From the NCBI GenBank assembly GCA_965649825.1, contig OZ287698.1, forward strand, positions 1,255,949-1,319,948: DNA of 64,000 bases. Direction: 5' to 3'. Shown here piece after piece: positions 46,806-57,839 of this stretch. A model generated the notes under the pieces. It was not told where the DNA came from, ran no database searches, and was given only the letters and a program-made list of their open reading frames with translations. The translations under genes and the position numbers were made by a program. This stretch comes from Penicillus capitatus. Its lineage: Eukaryota; Plantae; Chlorophyta. How positions within the stretch are numbered: the first letter of the stretch is position 1; each line of letters begins with the position of its first letter.

Positions 46806-47643
46806 ATGTCTCTTCTCCGTTTCGCGACATTTCTTTGCCTTCTTACCGTCGTTTTTGCGGAAACAAAAACGAATGCTTCACTGAGTGCGGCGCGACATTT
46901 GTAGACTCTTTGTAAGAAAGTTGTCTGTTCACAGAGGAGAAGGTTTGTGGAGGATGCAAGAGCGCCGAAGATGTCATGGCTGACGTGGTCACCATGGCCG
47001 TGCAGAGAAGCTCAAAGAGCTTTTCTTGGATGAAGAAAGTAAGATCTCCTCGATGTTCGCGATTTTCACAATCCGCTGCCAGAGATGTGAGTCGTTCTCC
47101 GAAGACTTCAAGAAACCGTGTGCCGACTTTGTCTTTCAATGGAGTAAGAAAAAACGGATTCGAGTCTCGGGTCATAGAAATCCGTTTCCTGCTTGCAGAA
47201 GAGAGATACGACGCCAGCAGTAAGCAAGTGGCGGAAGCGGCCCCCTGCGAAACGATTCTGCAATGCAAACCGGAGATGTCGTACGAAAACTATCTCGTCG
47301 ACAACGCCAATTTCTGCGAGCCGTGCAAAGTAGAATGACAGTCTCTGTCATTTCCCTCTCACGTGTCTGTCCTCAGCAATTGGTTACGGCGTTGTATTCC
47401 AAATTGAGCATCGAGACATTGGTCGGAGAAGGCAAAGACGTCATGATTGAAATCTGTGCCATGCTGCAAATCAGCTCAGCAGACTGCCAGAAAGCTGTCG
47501 ATGAAGCTGTCGAACGCGTGCGTTCACTCTCTCTATCACATGTTCACTTTTGACTCCCTCTTTATGTCCAGTTGGAAGTTCCGACGCCCGAAGAGGCATG
47601 CCAACTTGCAGGAGTGTGTCCAGCATGGGCAGTTGCAACATAG
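46806..47643 (+). CDS. Secreted protein with two saposin-B-like domains (copy 2)
   Basis: Signal peptide MSLLRFATFLCLLTVVFA. Spliced CGGC...RC...PC...PCETILQC, then CEPC...IC...DC...ACQLAGVC. Five short introns give one open frame. Confidence 0.7.
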
Positions 47644-48008
47644 ACTCATATGGAATTGAACGTGGGGAGATCGACCAACTCAACCTGGGCAAACATTACC
47701 AACATCCTTTCCTAACATAAAAATCACATTGATGCCGACATACCTCTATTTTCTCGACAACTAGGGTCTGTATCTGTTGTTCCCACCGTCTGTACGGATT
47801 TAAAGAGCGTACATGGCGTGTTTGCAGAAATGCGAACTCGGTACGGTTCCCTCGCGCCAGTAGATGTGCCAGATGCGTATGGTCCTTTCGCGATGAAGGG
47901 GCTACCCGCCTTCCGATGTGATCTTTCCGATCGCATCCGCACTGCCTTGTTGACGGGAAAGAGACATTTCTCAGAATTCGTTATCTCTTGCGTTCGGTGC
48001 CAGCGCGT

Positions 48009-49554
48009 ATGGATCTTTCGTCAGCGACGACCAATGGCGCCGAGACGCGCATCGATGCTCTTGAGCAGTCGGTTGACGCCTTCTTTGTCCTTATAGCAGG
48101 ATTCCTCGTCTTCTTTATGCAATGTGGATTCATGCTGGTCCGTCTAAGCAACACGACGTTCTCTTATCTCACTTATGCTGTTGGCAGCTCTCTGCTGGTG
48201 CCCTTCGCAGCAAGAATGTGGGGAATATTATCTTGCAGACGCTGTTGGATGCCTGTTTCGGCTGTCTGGGTTGGTTCTTACTCGGACATGGGATAGCAAA
48301 CGGTGCATCGTCGGGTTCTTTTGTCGGAACCGATGGATTCGCTTTGCATGGTGTTGAAACCATCGAGAAGCCCACCTGGTTTTTCCAGTACGCTTTTGCC
48401 GCTTCGACGGTGACGATCGTAACCGGCGCCGTCGCCGAAAGAACGCGATTCATCGCATATCTCCTCTATGCGTTCTTCCTCACCGCTTGGGTCTACCCTG
48501 CGGTCGCCCATTGGGTGTGGAATGAAGATGGATGGCTTTCGGCCGTCGGCAATCACCCAAATTTCAACGGATCTGGGATGCTTGATTTCGCTGGATGTTC
48601 CGTGGTGCACATGGTCGGCGGCCTCGCTGGACTGGCAGGTGCTGTCGTCCTCGGTCCTCGCATTGGCCGCTTTGATCATTGCGGTCGGCCAAGAGATCTC
48701 CCGGGGCACTCAGCGACGACCACCCTCATGGGTGTCTTCATTCTATGGTTCGGATGGTATGGTTTCAATCCCGGTTCGGTACTGGGCCTAACAGATGGCA
48801 GAATTAACAGTGTCATCACGAGCACTGTCACAACGACTCTGTCCGGAGTCTCTTCATGTCTCTCGTCTCTTGCTATTCTTTCTTGTATCAAGTACCTTAC
48901 CTCCGGGCAAGTGGTCTTCGATGTCATCGGAGCGGGCAACGGTGCCCTTGCCGGACTCGTGGGTATTACTGCTGCCTGTGCATTTGTGCAAGCTTGGGCG
49001 GCAATTATTATTGGAATTGTCTCGGCATTTGTCTTTGTGAGCTCCTCTTTTTTCCTTTCGCATTTTCTTAAGGTATGCATTCTCCTCATTGGCCGCCTAT
49101 CTATGAATGTGCCCCTCGTAGGTGGATGACCCACTGGATGCCGTGGCAATGCATGCTTTCTGCGGAGCCTGGGGTCTTGTGGCTGCAGGTCTATTTGCAG
49201 ATTATGATTTGCTACGAGCTGCGGGGTATCATCTGGATGATCACGCCTATGGCCTTCTTGTCGGCGGAAATGGCAAACTTCTCCTGGCAGCTCTCGTTGG
49301 CATTCTCGTTGTGTCTCTGTGGGTCCTTGGCCAAATGGTAACGATCATGACAAAGATATATCTCCATCATTGTTGGTGTTTTGCAGTTTCCATTCTTCTA
49401 TGTGATCAACAAACTCGGATATCTGCGTGTGTCGCCCGATCAGGAACGCGAGGGTCTGGATCTGACATTCCATGGAGGTTCGGCCTTTCCTGTGGATCCC
49501 GACGAAAGAATCAAGGCCGAAAATCTGCCTTTTATCCTCAATGACACAGCTTAG
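48009..49554 (+). CDS. AMT1: AMT1-type ammonium transporter (paralog B)
   Basis: FFMQCGF, FFQYAFAA, TGAVAER, DFAGCSVVHMVGG, WFGWYGFNPGS, DDPLDAVAMHAFCG and EGLDLTFHGG. Three introns. Confidence 0.97.
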
Positions 49555-49710
49555 ATACTCTTGCATTTGTTAAGGACGATCGAGACGGACATGTGCGTGC
49601 GTGCGTGCGTTCGTGCGTTTGAATGTGTCGATTGAAGATCAGGCAGTTAGATCTCGCATTTCGTCTTCGTTCCTCCTCGTCATCTCGCCATTTTGCCCTC
49701 TCCCGTCCAT

Positions 49711-50059
49711 ATGGCGCCCACAACGGTCATGATGTCGGCTAAGACAAGCGCACCGCGTATCGTCGCCTCTGCTAGAGCACCTTCGTCCCGTGTTCCCTCT
49801 GTTGTTGCTCGACCGCGAAAGGTACCCACCCCTGCACGATCTCGGGCAGCAGACGTTATGACAAATCCCATGGACGGCACAGGTCGAGTTCAATACAGGC
49901 GAGATGGCGCAAAAAGTAACGGCTGCTGTGCTGGCGGGTTTCATGGTAGCTGCTCCCGTTATGGCTGCTCAAGATTCCAAATTTGACAAGTCCGGTATTT
50001 GTGCCTCGAATCCCACAGCACGCGTCTGCCTTAAAGACTCGGCACTCGAGAAAAAATGA
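49711..50059 (+). CDS. psbTn: Small thylakoid-lumen protein, PsbTn-like
   Basis: Spliced precursor with a stromal transit peptide, a hydrophobic lumen signal ending PVMA, and a mature peptide of about 30 aa, AQDSKFDKSGICASNPTARVCLKDSALEKK. C-x3-PTAR-x-C has the same spacing as plant PsbTn CVTMPTAKIC. Confidence 0.6.
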
Positions 50060-50145
50060 AGAGGTTGCGGACAGACGGATATGCTTTAAGATTTTTGGCG
50101 ACGTTTTTTGACGAATCCTGACACGTGTTGCAGAATACAGACAGC

Positions 50146-51220
50146 TCATTCGGCGCCGATGCCTCTCCGATCTTTGAGCTTTGTGATCCAGACGACCGGA
50201 CCACTGGTCTCCACCTCAACAACGTCACGGATCATACAGTTCGAAGTGCTGATCAGTCCATCGAACTTTAGCATGTGGTCATCTGTACGGCACATCTGTC
50301 ACATCCACAACCTTACGCTGGCTATACCGAGAGGCCATCGCAGTCCGGTGGCTGTGACAGTGACAGGTCCATTGAGAGGTACCAGGGCACACTTGGGTCC
50401 TTCCACCTCGGGATCCACCTTTACCAAAAGACAAATGCGTTGTGGATGATGGCAGCAAGGTACGTGCCAGGATTCTCGTTTTGCCTTCATGGAGGAGTCG
50501 TGCACAGTTGCCCTCTCCAATCATCACAATCTCCATATCGGCATACATGTGCAGTGTATGTAAATTAGCCAGCGTATGATCCAGGCGTCCACCCAATGCT
50601 CCTAACCTGCATTGCACTCCAGCATCGCATCTCTCTTCGTGTCCATTACCCGCAATACACAGCATAGCAGTATCATCCGATGTGTGATGTGCTCTGAGGT
50701 ATTCGATGCATTTTTGTGTATCGGTCGAGTCTTGATCCTCCGAGCGATCGATCACTGGCACATTATGTGATCTATAGAACTGCAGCACATCTGGTCGAAT
50801 CGAATCCATGTCGCCGCAGATGGCATCCGGTATATGGGCCAGGCGAAGGGCCATGGGATCCTGTTCCGTCTCGATGTGGTCCAAGAGATCATAGAAGCGA
50901 TTTGCCCCTCCATCTCCAAAAACCCGCACCCTGCAAAGCCGTTGAGAAGGGACGCTTCGTGGCGAGAGAGACTTTGAACGATGCCAGATCTTTGGCACAG
51001 AGTTCGGGAGCTTGTAGTTAAGGACAATGAGATGAAGTGGCGGCAAAGACGTCGTCGAAACCTCGGAGGAGAGAAAAGCGTTTTGCACTCTGACGTCGTC
51101 AATGGAGGCGCCCGAGCGTCGACGCATCGAACCGTGATGCCGGATCAGTCTTCGATACGGTGGTGGAAAGGGCAGAGTCGTAAAAAACGTGACACTTCGG
51201 TATGTCAGTGTGCGAAACAT
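50146..51220 (-). CDS. TPK1: Thiamine pyrophosphokinase
   Basis: DGGANR, PDAICGDMDSI, DQDSTD..KC, GALGGRLDH, GLRWPL, GLISTSN. Several introns. Confidence 0.95.
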
Positions 51221-51246
51221 GAAGAGACAGGAGGCAGGCAGCTATC

Positions 51247-53133
51247 TCAGGCGTCTGTATTTCTGGCCTTGGTACTTGCAAGGTAATACTGGTTGGGATG
51301 CTCGATCTCAGCAGGGAGTGATTGGCCAACCGTTCCTTCCCATGTCAATCCGCAAGCATGGCGATGGTGTCCTTCCTTTACCGTTGACAGTATCTCCTCA
51401 ATCCGTCTGCATTCGAGCTGTATTGATGAGCGCTGCGTGAGAGGGGTTTACCCTTCGGGGAGATTTTTCTGCGAGAGTGCAAGGCGCAGTGCCGAGGCGG
51501 GTAATGTTTTGAAGGGACATCCAGCGTGCTCTCCGGCAAGGGGATTGTAAGATAAGATCCTTGAGCATCCATACGGTGTGTAGTCCACTCTGCCTCCTAG
51601 AAATGTCCAGAAGCATTCAACCGTCGTTTCGCCAAGACATGCCTTCCAGTCCATAGTTATGTCGGATGTGATAGCCGTACTCTTTGTCAAACTGCGCTGC
51701 GCCGGTTTTGGGTTCAAATGCCTTCTTGAAGAGATCGTACGTCTGCTGATAAGGCAGGCCCGTTCCCTGCTACACATTTCTGTAAAGAGTTGACGTGACA
51801 GCAAACGGAGGCCTTAAGGAAGAGCTGCAGTTGCAGACGGCCTTGGTGTTTGAGATGGTGCTCCTCCTTGAGCTTATCGAACAAGACCTTCATACACAGT
51901 GGGAAATGGCGATGTGCCAAATCTTCAATGTCCTCTACTCCATCTGTCGTCCCTCTGCTGCGATAGTCTGTGGCAACAGACCTGAACGGCATCAGTTCAG
52001 AGAAGAGGAATGAAGTCGAAGGGCGATTTTGGAAGACTTGGAATGTATGGCTTGGATGATGGGGACCAGACGTTCTTCCTCTTCCATCGCGATGCGGGCC
52101 TTCCACAGATGTCCCAGTTTCGCCATCTCCTGCCGCCCATACCATTCATCTCATCTTCATCGCGCAAACCTGTTCCGAACTTCAGTGAGCTGCTGTTCAT
52201 AATGGTGTTCAAGAATCCGAGTCACATCTTCTTTTGGCACATAAGCAAGTCCCTGCCAACCACACATTACACAGAGAGTTGTGGATGACTGTCAAAAAGC
52301 TGTCGACCTTTTCTAAATAAACGAGGCGCTGGGCAACGAGACCGGGGACACGTTCAAATGGGACCTAGACAGAGATGAGACCCATCGATCCATCTTCTGA
52401 AACAGAAGAGAGATTGCAAGCCTTGTAGAATGTCTTGTAGTCATCTGAGTTGACGCTTCGTGCATTGGCCAACTCGCATCTCGATGTAAACACCGCCGAG
52501 AGTTTTGTCTTCAAGGTCCTGCGCTCCGCATCCGTGATCGTGCTAAAGTTCAGTCCGTGCGATTTCAGAAAGCAGTTCTAGCACAAACAGAAAACATATC
52601 TATGCATCCAGCCAACGTTGACTCTGCCTTTTCTCTGAATTCGAGATCCTCAAAGCGCTCCACCATCAATGCACACTCGTTGCGGATAAACCATTGTCTC
52701 CTGTCTTTGTCTTGACAGTGTGCTAATCTCAAGGCGAAGTGGGAATGGGCATCTGACTGATCGACATCGCATGCAGGGATGCCCTGTAGCATCTCGCCTC
52801 GCTAGGGATCCCACGGTGTGACGAGATGCACCTCAAAGGCTTTGTTAAAACTCTTTTTAATCGCTTCCTGTTCATAGGTTGCGTTTCTGTCGACGGCAGT
52901 TTCGCGGTGTTACTTGTCGATCGCGTCGTCGATGTGACAGGCAATCGTCCACGGTGTGGAGAACTGTGAACACCAAAGCAGCAATGCCAGGCGGCGTCAG
53001 GGTCTTCCCCACTTTGCAATCGTCGTCTGGCGACCTTCTCGAAGTCTTCGAGCGGCAGTGTTCCATTGGGGAGAGAGGTATAGAGCGTAAAGCTCGCCAA
53101 GAACTTACCATGTCGTTCTGCCATCGCCGTCAT
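51247..53133 (-). CDS. PRIM2: DNA primase large subunit
   Basis: LPLEDFE..A..RL, SHFALRLA.C, WFI.NE, HFPLCM, HHLKHQGRLQLQLFLK, Y.PYGC..IL, GCPF, HACGL, HPNQYY. Fe-S Cys residues are present. Confidence 0.93.
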
Positions 53134-53540
53134 TTCTCAACAGAAACGTCCATTCGACATCGCTTACGTCCTCATTAACGAAACGTCACGCTGGGCATGA
53201 TCCATTACCCTCAGCACGAAGTCTCTATCCCTTGCAGTCCATTGGTAGGAGTCAGGGCCGCGGGCCTTGAGATAAGAGGCCATCTCTGTCGATATCTCCA
53301 ATTTCATGGAAAATGGTTGGGGGCGGTTGAGGCGGAGATCGCAGAGCGGTGCGCGCACCGTTCAAAGAGAGCCGTGCGTCCGACCATAGCCTCCTGTTTT
53401 TCCGAGCTCTGTATTCTCTTCTTTCCCCTTGCCGCTCTGACGCTGTTCCTCTCGGTTGGACGTCAACGCCAGCTGTATCAAGCTTCGTCGTTTTGAAACT
53501 CTTGCTGTGCGTCAGTCTCCACCGACAGAGCTCTGATACC

Positions 53541-55208
53541 ATGACAGAGGCACTGGTCAAGCGCTTAGATAGTGCGCATATGAAGCATCTATACGAAAAG
53601 GCATTGGAAACGACGGACGCTGATTTTTTGTCGTCCACGGCGGAGGTGACGCTCGAGCAAGTGCGCCGACTCAGACGTATATCTCCCTTCCACCAATGCC
53701 TCTTTGCATGCACAACACATGACAATGTGCTTTTCCAGTGGACTGTGAGCCGAAAGAGAAAATGCCGCCCAAAGTACAGAACCGACCACCACAGCCACCA
53801 AAACATGATATCCAGCCAAGCTTTGCACTCAATTCTGTCGATATTCTGCTGGACGGAGAAGATGCGGAGTCGTGGTACATTGCCACTAATGGACCAAGAG
53901 AGCGTGTGACAATGATGTGACTAGGTTGGTAGCGACTCCGTTTGCCAACGGACAGGGATCGCATTCGCTTGCATCTCCTGGGTACGAAGAGAAGAAAGAA
54001 GTTGTTGGGTCCCCCGTCGAATCCAGCATTTCTTCAGAAGTCTCTAGGTACTCTCACATTTCTCAAGACAGCGAGATCTGTGCACGTCTTCTAGAGGTAG
54101 TTGTGTGACACCAGCAAGTATCTTAGATGCAAAGCTTTCGCTTAGCCAGAAAGGAAGCGATAAACTGGATGGCTTCCGTATAGCACGTCCTAATAGTGTC
54201 GACTTAGGGAAGCAAGCTGTCACATATCAGAAAGAAAGAGATATCCGTAACTTGCCGAGAAACACAGGAAGCATTACCCACACTCCAGCACCCCCAGTAG
54301 AAACGACAGCCGCCACCGCCGCCACATTGCGTCCACCAAAAGCTGCTGTAAAAACAAAGCAGCTAGAAGCTGCAGAAGATACGGAAAGGACTTCGTCAAA
54401 AAAGAGCCTCGGCTCAAAACTGAGAGGAAGAATTACGAGCATCGGACAAAAAGATGCCAACAAAACTTCATTGGCTGCTGTAAAAGAACGTCCAAAAAGC
54501 ATTGGCCCCGTCCGAAGTAAGGATTCCGCAGTCTTTGTGACTGGGGAGATGTGTGAGGGGGCTGTGTGATGTTGTTTTCTAGGGAATCGATTGTCGATGT
54601 CCTCTCAGGTCCCTCGTCCAAAATCTTCCTTGGGCCGTTCGCCGAGTGAAGTCGCCAAGAGTGTCCCAAGGCGCTCGAGTTTTCGGAAAAAGTCTTCTCC
54701 TTCTCCACATCCTGCATCTCTTGCCAGACCGGCTTCCTCGTTGGCCACTGTTCGCGAGGAAGATAGAGAAGGAAAGAGACTTTTGGGCCGTCACAAGACT
54801 TCTCCGGCACCGAGACCGAGATCTTCTCTCGGCCGCCCCAAAGTTGAGAAGAAGACGATGGAGAGAATGGGCATCAGTCGGATCGCTTCCCCAGCTCCTC
54901 GACCAAAGTCCTCCCTATCTGGTCTAAAGAAAACCACAGATCAAAGCACCGCTATGAAAAAACAGACGCCTATTAGCCGAATCACTCGTCCTGCCTCCGT
55001 GGCAAAAGCCAAACCGGAAAATAAAGAGAGCAGAAGTTTGCTTGGATTTAAGAGATCCGTTGCGAGTCTCTCTCTCGCCCCAAAAAGCACAACGACCTTA
55101 ACTAAGGTCCATTGAAGAGACACAAGCGTGAGTGAGAAGACCGTACTGATGTTCTTCTGTTATGTCCAGGGTGAGTCCAGGTTGCGACGCAAGGCAGTTG
55201 GCCAATAA
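53541..55208 (+). CDS. Basic Ser/Pro/Arg/Lys-rich repeat protein (possible microtubule-associated protein)
   Basis: Open spliced frame with repeats PRPKSSLG/PRPRSSLG/PRPKSSLS/RPASS and an acidic-W motif DGEDAESWLVATP. No catalytic domain. Confidence 0.6.
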
Positions 55209-55825
55209 GGAAGCATGAATGTCCGAAACAACAAGGCTATGTTTTTTCTTTGGATCTTGGCACAGGATTGGCAGTTTGCTGCGATACGATGGACATGCCT
55301 ATGAAGCATTGTTGCTCAATCTTCAAGCCTGCAGGGAATCTTCAAGTCGTTGACTCCCCGTCCTTGTTGTCATTCTTTATGCAAATGGAAAGGAGGAACC
55401 TTCTCACCCCGCGATATTTAGCCACTCAACTGCTAGCTGGCACTATACGCATTCATGGGATTCCGTATTTTGACCTGATGTATTTTTGAGACAGAATTGA
55501 CGAGGGGGTCCTACACGATTGGTATAGCCCAGATTCGCACGATTGTAAGTTTTGTCCCCCTCATGATTGTTCTCTTCCACGACTTTTGACAGACGGTGCC
55601 TTTCTGGGAACCCACAGATTCTTGAGCGTGTGTGTGCACGAATCTCTGTGATGTTGTTGTGTTTGCATGACGTTGTTGATCACACATCGGACAGAGGATT
55701 CAGAAATAAGTCATCTGATTCATGAATACTCTTCTCGTGTGTGGATTGTGTCAAAGTGCAGGGTATAGCACAGATGTCTTGATCGATTTAACCCTCGACG
55801 AAGATCCGGAATCCACTCTCATCTT

Positions 55826-55870
55826 GATGTGACGCGACGCGACGTGACGTGATGCGATGCGATGCGACGT
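55826..55870. repeat. Degenerate pentanucleotide tandem repeat (GAYGY)x9
   Basis: gatgt gacgc gacgc gacgt gacgt gatgc gatgc gatgc gacgt, read directly from the sequence. Confidence 0.9.
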
Positions 55871-55954
55871 GCGATTTCTGTCTGAACCTCCTTGTTCGAT
55901 ACGACGACGATGTTGGCGACGCCACCGACGCAACCGCTGACAGAATCTGCCGAG

Positions 55955-57797
55955 ATGGATACGACAGGAGAGAAGGTAAGGTAAGATGTGGAGTGCAAGA
56001 GACAGCGAGGAGCCGTCGCGATGTGACCTGCTCGAATGTGACGTCCTCCTTGGTAGGAAGATGAAATGCCACTCCGCAGTGCCGCGAATGGAGATCGGGA
56101 TCAGCCAAAGAATGCTCCCGTCTTCTGCCTCACCCCCAATCAGTTTCGAAAGATTCTGGATTTTGTTGCCGAACATGACAGCGACATCGAAGCTGCAGGT
56201 GAGCGACCCTTAGTCACAGAAGGATCCGTTGCCTCATCCACGGCATCTGATTGAAAAGGCATCTGCAAAATTGTGCCTTCCCGAGCGACATCCCATAGCT
56301 TCGTCCTCCCTGGCGAGACAGAGATTCGCCTCCATGAATCATTCGTCGACAGAGAAGAGACGACAGATACTGCTTCTGAAAAGTGAAAGATGTGGATCGT
56401 GATAAGGCGACCGTTTCTGATCGCGATGACAGGAAGACTGTGGTGCGAGAATTTCGCCGTCGAGCAGAAAATGCGAGACAACATACATCTGATGTCATCG
56501 CCTGCGCCGAAGTGACCGAACAGATTGCCGATCCGCATCGTTCAGATGTTCATCTGACATCCAGGCAGTGTACTGGCGCGAAATGGCGAGTCCTCGGCGA
56601 CAGAAATTCCATCTGCCCTATGGGACAGTGCATCCCGACCATGTCAAGCGTCTCCTGCCTCAGCTCCCCACAGATCTCCAAGTGAGAAATACCGTGGTGA
56701 TGTGACAGCGCATGTTGGGTGCGTTGAAGTCCTGGGTGCGATCCAAGGCCTCGTTGCTACGTCACCAGACAGTGGATATCGCAGGAGTGACGTTTCCAGA
56801 TCTCCGCATTGCCTCTTTCGGATGCGGCATCTCCTGGACGACAGCTCCTTTCTGTATGCAGCTGCTGGATCTCTCTCTGTCCAGTGCTCCTATCATTTGG
56901 TACAGTATTCCACCATCGGAGCAGGCAACCTTTGAACAGTTTACGATGCAGCAAGCTTCAAAACACGTATATCATCATCCGCAGCCTCTCCATCGATCGT
57001 CCGATCCTAACGCAACGGACAGCCGTTCCCTGTTCAAGCAGTTTGTCATCTCGCCGAAGGATCTCGTCGAAGCAGGTGATCGCTTCTCTCTCCTGTCCAT
57101 CTGTCGACGACATCTCTGCAGGTATTTCGGTATACCGAGCCGTGCAACGGGAAGGGGAGATCATTGCGACAGCTTTGAAAGGGTATTACTGTTGGATGAC
57201 CACTGGGATCTGCACAAATGCATCGATCTCTTTAGCGCATCAAAGATGGCTGCCAATCGGCAGTCTCTCTGCTCGAAGCTCCATGCCGTTTGAGGAGATC
57301 CTCGTCAAAGAAGCCCTTTCTGTCGGTTGGCTCTCCTCTGGAGAAATCACTCCGCCGAGGAATGCAATGCAGGGAATCGGCTGAAGAGGACGAAACAGGA
57401 GCCGACGTCTTCTCAGGTCATCGTCATCCAGGAATACCATCTGCAGATCGATCGCATCCGTCGACAACAGAGAGAGCTTCAGAGGAAAGGATGCAAAATG
57501 ACGACGGTCGATTGGCCATACGGCAGCAATCCTTGTTCGATCTGTCATACTCCTGTGTTTTTCTCGATGGCGCTGCTGGCGCATCAGCCACATCCTTGTT
57601 GTCTGGAATGTGCCCTGAGCCAATCTCCGGGGCACCTCAAGGGAAGCTGCATCATCTGCAGGCCAAAGCAATCGCTCTTTGAGGCTTTGGCGACAACACT
57701 GTGGAGATATCGACTCAAACGCAAAGATCCGCCAACTGTCGTATCAGATCTACTGCTGCCGTTTGATCTGCGCCAAGAAAACGTGCAGAGTTTGTAG
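55955..57797 (+). CDS. JmjN/JmjC (KDM5/JMJ13-like) protein with degenerate active site and C5HC2-like finger
   Basis: JmjN APVF.LT..QF..IL.F...GICKIVP. JmjC SLLRH..DIAGVTFP...APIIWY, VYRAVQ..GE, WLP.G. C-terminal CSIC...CLEC. The start codon is uncertain. Confidence 0.8.
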
Positions 57798-57839
57798 AGC
57801 TGGAAAAGACAATGCTCTTTGGCTAATAGATGTGTTCCT

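Noticed and set aside
49593-49617. (GTGC)n tract upstream of the PsbTn-like gene, with shorter copies near 12448 and 20826
   Set aside because: Simple microsatellite with too few cases to claim a promoter element.
55216-55720. Possible small multi-exon gene between the basic repeat protein and the Jmj gene
   Set aside because: Several splice-like signals are present, but I could not build one consistent reading frame.
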